Positions 62,986 through 64,000 of a stretch of DNA of 64,000 nucleotides are shown piece after piece; position 1 is the stretch's first letter; each line of letters begins with the position of its first letter. The stretch comes from Trichoplax adhaerens (Eukaryota > Animalia > Placozoa). A program made the position numbers and the translations under genes. Location: the NCBI RefSeq assembly GCF_000150275.1, contig NW_002060946.1, forward strand, positions 1,512,202 to 1,576,201, given 5' to 3'. Under the pieces are notes generated by a model, which made no database searches, had not been told where the DNA came from, and saw only the letters and a list, made by a program, of their open reading frames with translations.

Positions 62986-64000
62986 AGTAGGTAAAGTTTA
63001 TAATAATCGTTTCGTGAGGGAAAGTATAGTTGCCAAAGATGGACTTTTTAACTGCGTAAAAAAGTATCTACGGTGTATTTTATTGACCACAGTCACAAAA
63101 TTTCTCTATTCTTTAATCCGCGATTTCCTATCACTAATTAATGATTCCTAGTGAATCATTACTCTTAAATATTACGTTACCATATCAGAATTAGATATTA
63201 GGTAATTAAGATGTCTGTCCTAGGTACGTTAGTTACGGCAGTAATCAAGTTGTGATATTTTGTCATTCAAATCATTCCTTTGGCTAATAAAATGAGCCAA
63301 AGGCTCCTTTTTAATTTTTAGCGCTGATAATGGTTCATATCTAGCTGGCTAGTTACCCTATAAATTATAAGTAAATCCATAACGAAATATTTATGTCCGT
63401 TCTATCGAGGCAAATACAGTTCAAGAAACTATAATTATTCTCGCACAATTTACAGAGTAACAGTGAATCATCATTTTTATGATGATATAGTAGGAGAAAG
63501 CGGCAAGTTTCAAATACGGATTCTATCTCCGGAACAGATGATAGCATTATAAGATCAGCATTCATATTCTAAATAACCGGTTTTACTGTTACTTATCTGT
63601 GTTTTTAATTGCTTCTTGGTAGATTACCGTACAGTATGTTGTTGTTTGCTCAAATTTTGCTTTGGAAAGATTGGATTTATTAGGGACGTGCGATTATAGT
63701 TATAATATATTCTGATTAAGTTGCTGTAAATAAGATAATAAACTACCGCTGATTCCCGTGTAAACAACAATAAAGTCTCATCCCATATAAAATTTTATTT
63801 TGATTGTGCTTGCAGACTATATGGCAACTTTATAATTTAGAAATTTGTTCTACAACTCAATAGAATTTTATCCTTTTTCAAAATAAGATTCTGTCTTGAA
63901 ACAACGGAATGCTACATGAAAAACATATTTTCAGAGTTACTAACTTTGCTTTCTAGACTTGATATTTTTCCCCCAGTTATAGACTGAAAAATTTAGGCGC

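Noticed and set aside
63365-63565. 66-aa Cys-containing ORF as a possible third paralogue fragment
   Set aside because: Shares none of the conserved motifs of the two paralogues.

Overview
AT-rich, intron-dense metazoan genomic DNA with short GT-AG introns. Gene content and architecture are consistent with a placozoan such as Trichoplax (inference). Eight recognisable genes form four head-to-head pairs: ANKRD26-like (-, runs off the left edge) / mitochondrial-type ALDH1L (+); a 59-aa MANBAL/UPF0239 microprotein missed by the ORF track (-) / CDPF1 (+); GRIPAP1 (-) / ALAS (+); CCDC115 (VMA22) (-) / a minimal BORCS6 (+). Each divergent spacer carries a TACAGTA/TACTGTA-rich cluster and a local tandem duplication. 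The right third holds the most novel-looking element: two tandem, two-exon paralogues (~814 and ~825 aa) encoding a signal peptide, a Cys-rich ectodomain, ~8 transmembrane helices and a conserved loop and tail, which I cannot assign to any known family (candidate orphan receptor/channel family). Other oddities: a recursive-splice-type AG|GTAAG exon in ALAS, a GC-AG intron in CCDC115, a chain of spliced-looking non-coding exons upstream of GRIPAP1, and tandem duplications that copy splice acceptors. All gene models were assembled by eye, and family calls rest on recalled motifs, not database searches.
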